Notes: generated from the letters alone by a model not told the origin. A stretch of DNA of 61,594 bases, filler included, from Asterionella formosa (GCA_002256025.1; 4 parts of 4 records of this genome joined end to end with filler, not necessarily neighbours in it); one strand, 5' to 3'; numbered from the whole stretch's first letter, positions 39,604 through 50,739 are shown. Numbers and translations: made by a program.

Positions 39604-40530
39604 ACAGCTGCTCATCCTTTCCTTCTTTTTCTATATTGTACTTGCTAGAGTTATCGCTGTAGACTATTTGTAGCCGCTCCGAAAAGGAGAAGGCCATTGC
39701 GGCACATCTCAATTTTGACTCACTACGGCGACATGCATTGAATGTTAAAATATGCAACAGCTGTTTCTAAACAATTTTACGAATTCATTCGTTGATAGCT
39801 GCTCATCCTTTCCTTCTTTTTCTATATTTTAGTTGCTAGAGTTATCGCTGTAGAATATTTGTAGCCGCTCCGAGAAGGAGACAGCCATCGCGGCACATCT
39901 CAATTTCGACTCACTACGGCGACATGCATTGAATATTAACTACGGCGACATGCATTGAATATTAAAAATATACAACAGCTGTTTCTTAACGAATTTACGA
40001 ATTCAATTGTTGTCAGATACTCATCCTTTCCTTCTTTTTCTATATTGTACTTGCTAGAGTTATCGCTGTAGACTATTTGTAGCTGCTCCGAAACGGAGAA
40101 GGCCATTGCGGCACATCTCAATTTTGACTCACTACGGCGACATGCAAGGTTAAAATATGCAACAGCTGTTTCTTAACGATTTTACGAATTCAATTGTTGT
40201 CAGCTACTCATCCTCTGATTCTTTTTCTATATTGTACTTGCTAGAGTTATCGCTGTTGACTATTTGTAGCCGATCCGAAAAGGAGACGGCCATTGCGGCA
40301 CATCTCAATTTTGACTCACTATCATGGCAACATGCATTGAATATTTAAAATATGCAACTGCTGTTTCTTAACGAATTTACGAATTCAATTGTTGTCAGCT
40401 ACTCATCCTCTGGTTCTTTTTCTATATTGTACTTGCTAGAGTTATCGCTGTAGACTATTTGTAGCTGCTCCGAAACGGAGAAGGCCATTGTGGCACATCT
40501 CAATTTCGATTCACTACGGAGACATGCAAT
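39604..40530. repeat. Second, unrelated tandem repeat, about 190-bp unit, 5 copies
   Basis: ctcatcct..ctatattgtacttgctagagttatcgctg..ggcacatctcaattt recurs near 39607, 39798, 40017, 40203 and 40398. Confidence 0.92.
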
Positions 40531-41423
40531 GCTCAACGATGCTCAACGAGTACCAACGGTGCTTTATTTCCAATCTGGCAGGCTATTGTAATCTCTACAA
40601 TCAACAATGACTTAATAATGTGTCTACAACATCAACTACTACTACGTGTGCTGAATTCTACTGTGTGAATCTTCCTCTTGCATGTATTATTCTTTGCCAG
40701 TTCAGATCAAAGAAATATGTAACATTGCTGAATCTAGACATTCTTCTGCCCCACGCCAAAACACATGCATAAATCAGGAGTACGCCAACAGGTACGCTCA
40801 TGGTTCGTGCTTATACGTTATATTGAATCTACGCTGCTGGATGTAGGCATAATAAAAATCAGTTCGGTATATTTTCTTGGGTGCACTGACAGTCCGGTTC
40901 TATATTCTCGACGGGTGCCAGGGTACCAGGTACCAGTATATGATCATCATTGGACATACGCGTACCGCTCCTTGAGTGCACTTTCAAATATTTGAAGACC
41001 GGCCGGGTCATATAAATGACCCATAGTCGTCGATTGGAGTATAGATTGTAGTACTGGTGTATGCACATGAATCGATGTAGAATCTAAATGTATATACATA
41101 TACATATATTAAACGACTTGAATATGTCGAATGGATTCAATGTATAGCATATAAAATCGTTAATCGGAGTATAGAGTGTCCATGCATACATGTTGATCGT
41201 ATTTTTAGCGTATATATACATGCAGCGACTAGTGTTTATATATATATTTAGCGATTTCGACAAGGAATCTATGTACGTATTCGCAAATTTCCACTGATTT
41301 AAATATTTCAAATGGAATCACATCATTCAAAAATAGCTAATTAAATTCTTAATTCCAGGGAATTTTGGCAACCCTAAGAAATATTTTAATTTTTGCCTAG
41401 GGTTTCAAATGCAGCAACCTTAA

Positions 41424-42605
41424 GGTTGCGGCCCGCAGTTAAACATCACAAGGTCTGTTTCTTTCCAAAATAATTTTATTATGTACATCAATCCACACAG
41501 TACGAGCAACGAAATAAAATAGTTAAAGGTAAAATTAGATTTCACCAATACGACCACTTTGCATATGCTTAGATACAGTCATTGGTCGACTTAGGGGTAT
41601 GATCTATATACAGATATGGTAAGGACCTCATATCTGGAGAGAAGTGGCAGTTATCCCTCTTGGAATCATAACTATCAAAAAAATAGTCAAAAAAAGGGGG
41701 CCATCAAGCTTTTAAAAAATCTACTAGGGATAACTGCCACTTCTCTGCAGAAGTTAAATCCTGACGTTATAGGGTACACGGCTATCTATTTCTTTCTCCA
41801 TGAAACCCCGTAGATGTAGAGTAATCCTCCTCCAAAAAGTCGACCCGATCGGCTTTTTCAACAGTCGCCAAAATATTGGAATTGGAATTTGTATGTGCAA
41901 AACGTTCTCGTATACTTGGAGTCTTGCGTAGGTATGTTTTGCTGAATAATTCTCAGTCCGAAAAGACTCCAGGGTAAGTTCCTGCGTCACTACACATATT
42001 CTGATTGGTTGAATTGAATTTATTCACCTGCTTCAGATTCGCTGAAGTATCCCGGTCTTGTAAAATCTCGCCAGCCACACTTGAACCACACGTATTAGAT
42101 GCACTGAATCCTGGTTGTTGGTAAAATCAGTACCGGTACTACCGGTAGTACATCCTGTCCTCCATCATGATGAACCAATATTGTGTACTACTGGTACCTG
42201 GTGCTCCGAGTACCAGTTACTCCGGTACTGATTTACATACCGGTACATACCATTGTTTGTGGAGTCATATTGTAACTACAAACAGCAACATAGATTCATT
42301 GTCATCGTATTAACAAGAGCCATGAGAATACATGTTGGCATACTCCAAATTTATATATGTGTTTTGGCGTTGAGCAAAATTATGTCTACTACATCCAGCA
42401 ACGTAGAAAAAGAATAAACGTTTAAATATCATAATTTTTTAAATGGAATTCTATCAATCTGGCGCCGATTCCTGTTTAATTCAAAAATTCAAATGGACAC
42501 TTACTTGAATCATGGGAATTCATAGTAGGGAACTCCCTGTTCCACGCCGTTTTTACAACCCTAGCGATATTTTCTCCAAACTAGGGTTAAGCCGGGGCCA
42601 CAACC
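41424..42605 (-). mobile_element. Non-autonomous Kolobok-like element, family B
   Basis: Shares TTAA 41420-41423 with A3. Ends GGTTGCGGCCC ... GGGCCACAACC|TCAA. Carries distant homologues of the family-A 3' region. Confidence 0.75.
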
Positions 42606-42610
42606 TCAAG

Positions 42611-43036
42611 CAGCAAAACATACCTACGCAAGACTCTACGGTAAGTATATGAGAACGTTTTGCACATACAAATTCCAATTCCAATATTTTGGTGACTGTT
42701 GAAAAAGCCGATAGGGTCGACTTTTTGGAGGAGGATTGCTCTACATCTGCGGGGTTCCACAAAGATTAAAGTAGATAGCCGTGTACCCTATAATGTCAGG
42801 AGTTAACTTCTGGAGAGAAACTGCAGTTATGTATCGTAGATTTTTAGAAAAACATCGTAGCCCCTTTTTTGGACTATTTTTGCGATAGTTACAAATCTTC
42901 AATACATAACTGCATTTTCTTTCCAGAAATGATATCCCTGCAATATCTGAAGATAGAACATACCCCAAAACATGTCGACCCATGACTGTATCTAAGCATA
43001 TGCAAAGTGGTGGTATTGGCAAAAGCTAATTTCACC
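42611..43036 (+). mobile_element. Inverted partial copy of the family-B interior (B')
   Basis: Reverse-complement homologue of about 41527-41944, ending ...TTCACC|TTAA directly against A4a. Confidence 0.75.
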
Positions 43037-43040
43037 TTAA

Positions 43041-45020
43041 GGATCCTGCATTTCAACCCTAGTATAGAGGTAGGGTTAAAAAATAATATTGAGTCAGAGT
43101 ACTCAAACTAACACTTCTTACGAGTAAATCATAAATTTATATCGCTAAACGGCGCTTTCACCAATAAACGCCCTTTCCATATGCTTAAATACAGTCATTG
43201 ACAAAAGTAGGGGCATAGGTCAACGCTATATATCATCAGGACATAGGATCTGGCAAGAAACTGCAGAAAGGAATTTCGGCTTTTTTACTATGCTAAAAAG
43301 ACAGGAAATTTCGGGGGAAATCACTTTTTTTGGCATAGTAAAAAAACCGAAGTTCCTTTCTGCAGTTTCTCGCCGGAAGTTATATACTGATGCTATTTGA
43401 AGGATACCTATGTATCTAAATCGGCTTCAGACCTAGCCAAGGAATCGTCGTCCAAAAATTCGACAAAATCGGCCTTTTCTACTGTCTCCAAAATATCGGA
43501 ATCAAAACCAATTAGCGCCGAAACGTCATCATCTGAATCAGAGTCTTGTGATGCAATATTTAGTCGTAAAATTTCCTGTACCAAGATTTCCAATGTAAGT
43601 GCGCGCAGTATTTTATATGCACTGATTGGCCATTGCAAATTACTTATTACCTCTGTTTGATTGGCCTGGTTTGCGAGGTCTTGTAAACCCACACTGGCCA
43701 CACTGGATACACATGTAACATTTTTGTGTGTGTTTGCCGGTACTGTATCCAGTAACATCTCCGTACCAGTACTACTACGATGCAGTTTGCCTTCAAAGAA
43801 AGGGCAGAGTGTATTGCTTTTTCGCTGATGATCATTCCGGCCGCAATGCTTGCATTGCGCATTTGACTTCCGGATTGCAGTTGTGGCCTCCGGTTCTTCT
43901 GTTAGCGCGACACCAGCTCTGTAAGTCTTACCTGATTTCTTGTCTTGCCTTTCTTGCCGCACAGTTTCAAATCGTGCTGCATGTAATTTTTTCGTTTCGT
44001 TTTCTCTTCCGTTTGAATTGCGCCTTGTAGACTGCATCGTCATTCCGTCGCTTTTCCTTTTGCCTCCAGAAGGATTCTTGCAATTGTGACATTACCATTC
44101 CACATCGTTTGTAGACATCGTTCATGTATTTTGTGACTCCTTGTGTTTGTTGTCCAGCAACCGAAGCCACTCTATATTGTAGGCTACCAGATCCTGCAAA
44201 CACTTTGTTTTTTGGACATCGTCTTGAAACTGCATTGTTCATTGCTTCGTTAATCTGTGTATCGAAGGGATGATACAATGATAGAAGCTTTTCGCCTTCG
44301 ACTTTTGCTGCAACATTGAACATTAACCAATCATACAATGGTCTTTCTGTTTTCATATCGTGATATTTTCCATTGCTAACATTTTTCCTCCTTTCACAGG
44401 ACACCATGTCTCAGAACAAAAGTCATGGCAGCCAAACAAGTGGTTGATTGGTGCCTTTGATGATTCCGTAAAATCAATCAATGATAGGTTCCGGTTTTTT
44501 TTAATCCATGCTCCATAATATATTTTCAAGCGGAGACAATCTGCTTTTGATGGACGCTCGAGGGAGACCGGGCCATTGGATTTTAAAAAGGCAGGGCGGA
44601 GAAGTATGCGGACCCAGTGTAATGGATCAGAAAGGAATTGCGGTTCTGTGACATGTAGTGGAAGGTAACCTTTGTCGGTTTTTTTTTCATTTAATGTTCA
44701 TGGCCATTCAAAAGCAGGCTGTAGAGTTATTAAATCCTTTAGGACCATTTCAACACAGCTCGAATTGTAGAATCATCATCACAGATGATTGTAGAGTAGA
44801 TAACATTGTATTTAGTAATGGCATCAATCATCATTTCCACACCCGCATCTGGTTCCCTGGCCTTCGAGCTTCCAGTTACATGATTCTTGGAACAAACATG
44901 ATGCTTGATAAGTTTCTTGTACCCTATAGCCCTGTCACACATGTTAATAACAGACCTTTGATTTTACTCAATAGTTTAGTATCTTTCTTGTGTAGCCACT
45001 GTTGCAGAATGCATGCCCAC
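43041..45020 (-). mobile_element. Right half of an autonomous-type Kolobok-like element (A4a)
   Basis: TTAA|GGATCCTGCATTTCAACCCTAG terminus followed by transposase coding remnants. Confidence 0.8.
43408..45020 (-). pseudogene. Frameshifted Kolobok-type (Pfam 'Mutator-like') DDE transposase, central and C-terminal part
   Basis: CSKNHVTGSSKARE...IICDDDST (2nd D), DTQINEAMNNAVSRRCPK (E) and a C-terminal CKHCGRNDHQRKSNTLC knuckle, split over frames. Confidence 0.8.
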
Positions 45021-45044
45021 GTCTGCAAATAGAAAACATCTTAA

Positions 45045-46184
45045 GGGCCGTTCTTATCATTTTTTTCGTGTATGTGTATCACGGAATTTGAATTTTTTTG
45101 AAAATGTATCAGCAATGGTAACTCGATTTGAACTGAATTTCATTCATTCCAAAAGTGACACTGTATCACTAATTTGTATCACAGTGTATCATGGAGTAAC
45201 AAGGATTGTCAACGGTGACAGGCCAGCTACAAGCATCTAGATATAAAGGGGGAGTAATATGCATATGCGTAGCTTAAATAAAAATACAACCGGAATAAAA
45301 TAACAAATATCATATCATCTTAGGGTCGTTCTTATTATTTTCGATTTGGTATCATTTTTTTTGAAAAAGTATCATAAAACGGCTACTCGATTTAAACCGA
45401 AAAAATCCATTCTCCACAAAAATAAAAATAAAATTGTATCACCAAAAAGTATCACGAAAATTCAACGGTTACGGGCTGGCTACAAACATGTGCTTTTCCT
45501 TCCTGACTAACAGTACATAATGGTACCAAGCCAGTCCTCAAACCATGCAAGAAATCTACGCGAATTATGTATATGGACTACTATGGTCAATGGTATTTGC
45601 ACAGGTATTTGTTGTAGTCACGTGATCATTTTCGTATTCTATTGCCTAGTACGTGCTGGACGAGTGATAGTAGAATGTACCGGTAGTGACAGCCAAAGCC
45701 AAAGTATTTGCACAGCTTGTATATGTCGTAGTCACGTGATCATTTTCGTATTCTATTGCCTAGTACCTTGTCATGAATTCCCGGACCAGGTAACCAGGTA
45801 CCTGTAATTAGATAGCGGGTATGTCTCTATGCACATGACTCAATCTGTTCAATTTTCGACTCTGTGGTAGTCGTTCTTTGGTGTTGTGGCTGAACATTAC
45901 CACACACGGCCGCTATAATGATTGTATTGTGCTTCTTTGATGCACACCATAACAATTTTTGTGTATATTATCTAGATGTCAATAAAAGTACTGCCCTGCA
46001 GGCGTATTTTCGGTTAATTTATTAGTGACAACGGAAATGATACCCGCGTGAAAACGTCAGTATCACTGATACCGTTTTTGGAGGGGGCAAAAAAAGGTAT
46101 CAATTTTGTATCAATGATACAAAATTGATACCATCAAGTTACCGTTGCTGATACTGTGTTTTGATACCAACCGTCATTTTTTGC
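45045..46184. mobile_element. Unrelated TIR-type insertion with GTATCA/TGATAC subterminal repeats; far end in gap
   Basis: TTAA|GGGCCGTTCTTA at 45045 and a diverged second copy TTA|GGGTCGTTCTTA at 45323. GTATCA repeats on the left, TGATAC repeats at 46030-46170. Confidence 0.55.
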
Positions 46185-46284
46185 NNNNNNNNNNNNNNNN
46201 NNNNNNNNNNNNNNNNNNNNNNNNNNNNTTAATTAATTAANNNNNNNNNNNNNNNNNNNNNNNNNNNNNNNNNNNNNNNNNNNN
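46185..46284. other. Artificial contig linker
   Basis: N..TTAATTAATTAA..N. Confidence 0.97.
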
Positions 46285-46683
46285 ATACTTAGATCCTATC
46301 CACTGTATAATACTATCATATTAACTGTTGACTTTAACTGTATATATTAAACGACAAACATATATATTAATTAACATACTTTATGATTGCTTGATTTATA
46401 TTCTGTGATGTATCGATAACACTTGCGTACATATTTTATCGTATTTTATTGTCATTGTTCTATTTTTACATGATCATATTTTGATCAAAATTATATCATA
46501 TATATTTTATAAAATCATCATAATTTTAGGATCAATGTATCATAGCTATGTGATGTACTTTATTCAATATTACGTATCATACTTCGGTGATGTATGCATC
46601 GATGTAACCTTATCATGATATCACAGTATCATCTTATCAATCATGATGAGATGATTGGGAAGCAACTGTATTCTGCATTGTAG

Positions 46684-47456
46684 TACCGTATAGCCCTGTC
46701 GCACACATTACAGACCTTAGATTTCACTCTGTAGTCTAGTATCTTTTTCGTGTAGCCGCCAATACAAAAAGCATGTCCACTTACAGAGTTGTACTTATTC
46801 CCGCTGGAACGCTGCTGCCAGCCCATATCGTAACTAACAGTGAGTCGAGGCATATTCAGTACAGACAAGCGATCCATACCAGTCAGACTGTTCTGTCTTC
46901 ATCCTTCAACCTGGTAAGAATGGATTCACCTTCCAGAAACTTCTCCACCAACTCTTCGACTTCATCCCAATGGCACTGACATTCAGGGCAGTAAAAATCG
47001 CATCATTCGCAGAAGATGCGATCCTCACATCCCTCCACATACGACTCTACAATCAACTGGTCTTGGCAGGTAGGACAACTATCATGACTGTAGTTAAATT
47101 TGTCATTACCATTGTCATCATTTTGATGTGTAATTTCGCTCATGGTTGATTGTTGCTTTTTTTTGGTTTCTTACCAGTAGTCATCAACAATATTTCCATG
47201 CTGCCAGCTCGTCTGACACATATATGTTGATTGTATGATAGGGTATATAAACATTTAGCGATGCAGAATGTATATGTACATATTTATTGAATTCGAAAAG
47301 GAATCTATGTATGTACGCGCAAATTTCCAGTGATTCAAATATTTCAAATGGAATCACGTCATTCAAAATTAACTCATAAAAATTCTTAGTTCCAGGGAAT
47401 TTCGGCAACCCTAAGCATTATTATGATTTATGCCTAGGGGTTCAAATGCAGGAACC
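46684..47456 (-). mobile_element. Left end plus first catalytic motif of a Kolobok-like element (A4b)
   Basis: TVSYDMGWQQRSSGNKYNSVSGHAF...KILDYRVKSKVCNVC (1st D). Terminus ...CTAGGGGTTCAAATGCAGGAACC|TTA(CCGG)TAA. Confidence 0.82.
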
Positions 47457-47671
47457 TTACCGGTAATTTACTATAAATGATTACCGGTATATGCATAACG
47501 GTTTCTACCATTTTAGTATACAAATTGTGATTGATCGGTATATAGCCTAACTACATGATCGTTTCACTTCATGGTTTGCAGCCATTCATTTTCTTTCCCG
47601 TCTTGATCAAAATGGAACCACAGGAATGAAAAGATCCGAAATGGCAACATTCATAAAATATTTGCATCACA

Positions 47672-49225
47672 ATGGTATTTCTTCACGCAACCAACGGTAA
47701 TGATCTCACAGCGGTCGTGACCACAATAGGACATGCCCGTCTCTCGATTCCCTTGTACAACAATAGCAGCCATAGTCTCCAATCGACACTGACCTATTCG
47801 TTCCAGGAGGACGAAGCAACTGTCACTCGATTGTTGTTTGTGGGGAGAAGTCACTTGGTTGCTGTCCTTCCCAAGAAATGCCTTGTATGGAACGTCGTGC
47901 GAGGCGTACTAGTGCATACGATTACACAAGATTCCGTGGTGGATGTCGCCTCCAATGAGTTATTTTTGTACATTCTGACCTTGTCGTCGAACGCCAAGTG
48001 GTACATTTACGAATATTCTGTGGACTCTGGGAAGTTGATTCGCAAAATTAAGGCTGGTCGTAGTCATGGCGAAGAGCACGGAATTGACGCTTCATTGGCC
48101 GTGTCGAACGACAATGTAGCTGTACTATATGGTAACGCTATCAAAGTCATGCGACTGTCAGATGGTATAAAAGTGAGCAAGTGCAAACTTGACAGCCGAG
48201 AAAAAGGTATTCAAGGAATGATGGTGATGAATGGAACAGTCGCGGCAACGACTACGGACGCTGGGGTTTCCTTTTTCCAAGCAGAAACTGGAACGGAAGT
48301 AGCAGCGCTGATCTTAGAGGAGCCTCCCCTGACTCCCATTCAACTAGCTCTTGCAGACGATGGTCACCATTACCAGGTCGTGATCAACAATACCTTTTAC
48401 ACATTGGACGTCGCCAAGAAGACCATTATTGCAACCTGTAAGCTAACTGCTCCAACGGAACAGTTGGTGCTGTACCCTGCTGGGGCTGATAAGTTGCGGG
48501 CCATTCTTGTTGATCGAAAGTCTGGACTTCATTTCCGAACTGTCACTTGCGTCAACGAACATGATGGCACATTGCTTTCACATGTGGAGATTAAGCTCGA
48601 TGACGACGACGACGATGAAGGAAAACAAATGGTCGCCTCCAGCAAAAAACGCAAACAAGCTACTGTTACTCTTGGTTCTGGTCAGGCGGGTGGTGAAAGT
48701 GGAATGGTCGTTGATGAACAACTTGACAAGAAGAAGCAAAAATACGAAGCAGATCCAGATCTTGACGAGCCAACGATTGCGGAACGATTGAAACAATTGG
48801 CGGAGGAATTTGATCGTGTTGAAGACGATGATGTTGTTCTTCCAGCAGAAGGATTGGACTTCGAACCGAAACGAGCCACCACTGAATCTTTGGCCAAGCT
48901 GTTGCACCAAGCACTGTCCAGTGGCGACGATCCCATGTTGGAACTAGCTCTAGGTGTGAGAGACAAGTCAGTTATAACAACATCCTTGAAAGGATTGGAT
49001 CCTGACGAAGTTGGTTTATTGTTGACTAAACTGACCATGCGACTATCCAGCAAGCCAACAAGAGCAGCTGATTTGGTGCCTTGGATTGGCAATGTATTGG
49101 CCACTGGAAAGATTCGCCAGGCAAATCTCCTTCGACCACTGAGAAACCTATTGCAAGAAAGGGTAGAGTCATTTCCTCATTTGCTCCAATTAGAGGGACG
49201 GCTATCCATGTTGGCTAGCATGTAG
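47672..49225 (+). CDS. UTP5: SSU processome protein with C-terminal Utp12/Dip2 domain (UTP5/WDR43-like)
   Basis: Beta-rich N-terminus; SLAKLLHQALSSGDDPMLE...KPTRA..LVPWI...LLQLEGRLSML. Confidence 0.78.
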   Translation: MVFLHATNGNDLTAVVTTIGHARLSIPLYNNSSHSLQSTLTYSFQEDEATVTRLLFVGRSHLVAVLPKKCLVWNVVRGVLVHTITQDSVVDVASNELFLYILTLSSNAKWYIYEYSVDSGKLIRKIKAGRSHGEEHGIDASLAVSNDNVAVLYGNAIKVMRLSDGIKVSKCKLDSREKGIQGMMVMNGTVAATTTDAGVSFFQAETGTEVAALILEEPPLTPIQLALADDGHHYQVVINNTFYTLDVAKKTIIATCKLTAPTEQLVLYPAGADKLRAILVDRKSGLHFRTVTCVNEHDGTLLSHVEIKLDDDDDDEGKQMVASSKKRKQATVTLGSGQAGGESGMVVDEQLDKKKQKYEADPDLDEPTIAERLKQLAEEFDRVEDDDVVLPAEGLDFEPKRATTESLAKLLHQALSSGDDPMLELALGVRDKSVITTSLKGLDPDEVGLLLTKLTMRLSSKPTRAADLVPWIGNVLATGKIRQANLLRPLRNLLQERVESFPHLLQLEGRLSMLASM

Positions 49226-49431
49226 AATACTGGTAACATCCATGCAGAACATTATAATTAAGCGTGCTCTCCTTTTCTTGTTTTCTGCAATCTACTGCTT
49301 ACTCCAAGCTCCTTCATTGGGCACCAACTTCATCTTTATCTTGCTATAAGGAAGGCTGATTCAAAAAATGATATTGGCATTTTGCTGTTGTGTTTGCTTT
49401 AACATTAAAAGGGGAATGCGACGTGCTGATT

Positions 49432-50490
49432 CTACAGTTCGTTCTCCTTTCCTTCCCGAGGTTTCAACTCACGTTCACCATTGGACGAAGTCAAAACTTC
49501 TGCCTTGGCTGGCCCTTTATATTTCATAGCCATAACATTATTGCACCATGAATCTGGACAATTGGGCTCTTCCATTCCCATGCCAAACATTTCGGCAGGT
49601 TCAATGCCCTCAGGCAACGGAATGTGGTTGTTCCAGGTTGGAGGAATACCAAAATGATATTCATCAACCTTTGCGCCAGAAATATCCCAGTTCTTGGGAT
49701 AATAGTGCAAAAACAAGGAGGAGTACCACGATCCATCAAATTTTCGAGGGCGACCATGAAAAAGTTTTGAAGATTCATAGAACACCATATCACCGCTCGT
49801 CATGGAAACTTCGTTTGTATTACCTAGAAAGTCTTCAACCACAAGAGGCCACGGTTTGGAATCTTCTGAATGATCAATGTGTAGAATCGAGGAAATGATG
49901 TGTGTATTGGGATTGTCCACGTGCATGAAAAGTTCGGAATTGTTTTGGTAGACGCGCAGGCCGTAGGCAACGGCAGGAACAAGTTCTTGGCCCGACCACG
50001 CTTCGTGCATCCACAGCAATTCCTTGAGAATGCGTTCGTTCATTTCTCTGTTCTCGATAAACACGGGGGGATTTTCTTCGTCGAATCGGAGTCCCATGCG
50101 CCTACACATCTCTGCACTTTCCAAGGTGGCTTGGGATAAGCCCAAATGCAGCTGTGTCTTGAGGAGGTCGACTGCTTCCTCCGGGGCTCGCGTCATGGCC
50201 CAGCCAGTCTCTGTGAAATTATGTGAAACAATGGAACTTCCAACTGTCAATAGCCATGCGTCGTACTTGGTAGCGGCATTCTCCATGGCAGCGACTTGCT
50301 GATAGCGCCGTTCGAACAGGCGGCGCCAGCCAGGAGTCTCGGGCTTCAATTGAGGCGGGGGCCATACATAACCTCGCTCCTTGAAGCTGGCCACTCGGTC
50401 TTCTTCCGACCACTTTGAGCTTTGGCCGGAGCAGAGGCAGAGTAGTGGCGAGAATAAGAGGAAACAGAGCAATGTGGAGCTGACCAGCAT
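49432..50490 (-). CDS. Secreted/ER 2OG-Fe(II) dioxygenase (prolyl-hydroxylase-like)
   Basis: Signal peptide, YGLRVY, HVD..THIISSILH, FYES..FHGRP and C-terminal ENEL. Confidence 0.78.
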   Translation of the reverse strand: MLVSSTLLCFLLFSPLLCLCSGQSSKWSEEDRVASFKERGYVWPPPQLKPETPGWRRLFERRYQQVAAMENAATKYDAWLLTVGSSIVSHNFTETGWAMTRAPEEAVDLLKTQLHLGLSQATLESAEMCRRMGLRFDEENPPVFIENREMNERILKELLWMHEAWSGQELVPAVAYGLRVYQNNSELFMHVDNPNTHIISSILHIDHSEDSKPWPLVVEDFLGNTNEVSMTSGDMVFYESSKLFHGRPRKFDGSWYSSLFLHYYPKNWDISGAKVDEYHFGIPPTWNNHIPLPEGIEPAEMFGMGMEEPNCPDSWCNNVMAMKYKGPAKAEVLTSSNGERELKPREGKENEL

Positions 50491-50739
50491 ATTCGTTGAT
50501 ATTATACGTGTATAAATATTAAAATTTCATTTTATGTGTTTTGATCCGCGTTGCATATCATGTTGTGCGTCAAGTGCAAATTATTCTCACAGTGTATGTG
50601 TATATTATAAATATATCGGTATACACCGGCATACATAGTGAAAATATTTTATGGAAGACTTTTATTCACGAATCGTAGTGGTGGAAGAAAAGTTTCCTAC
50701 TTCACATTAATTTTTACCACATGTACGAATATGTTACTA

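Larger units (their letters stand above)
36715..41419 (-). mobile_element. Interval bounded by family-A termini (A3): right end 36715-36938, left end about 40860-41419, with unrelated DNA and two satellites between
   Basis: TTAA|GGTTCCTGCATTTCAACCCTAG ... CTAGGGTTTCAAATGCAGCAACC|TTAA. The ends differ (GGTTCC vs GGTTGC), so this may be a chimera. Confidence 0.7.

Noticed and set aside
43408..44043. TnpB/Fanzor-like nuclease at the element end
   Set aside because: No RuvC motifs. The CxxC..H..C knuckle fits the transposase C-terminus.
43041..47456. A single intact autonomous element spanning the gap
   Set aside because: A duplicated transposase segment, a nested insertion and an artificial linker indicate two partial copies.
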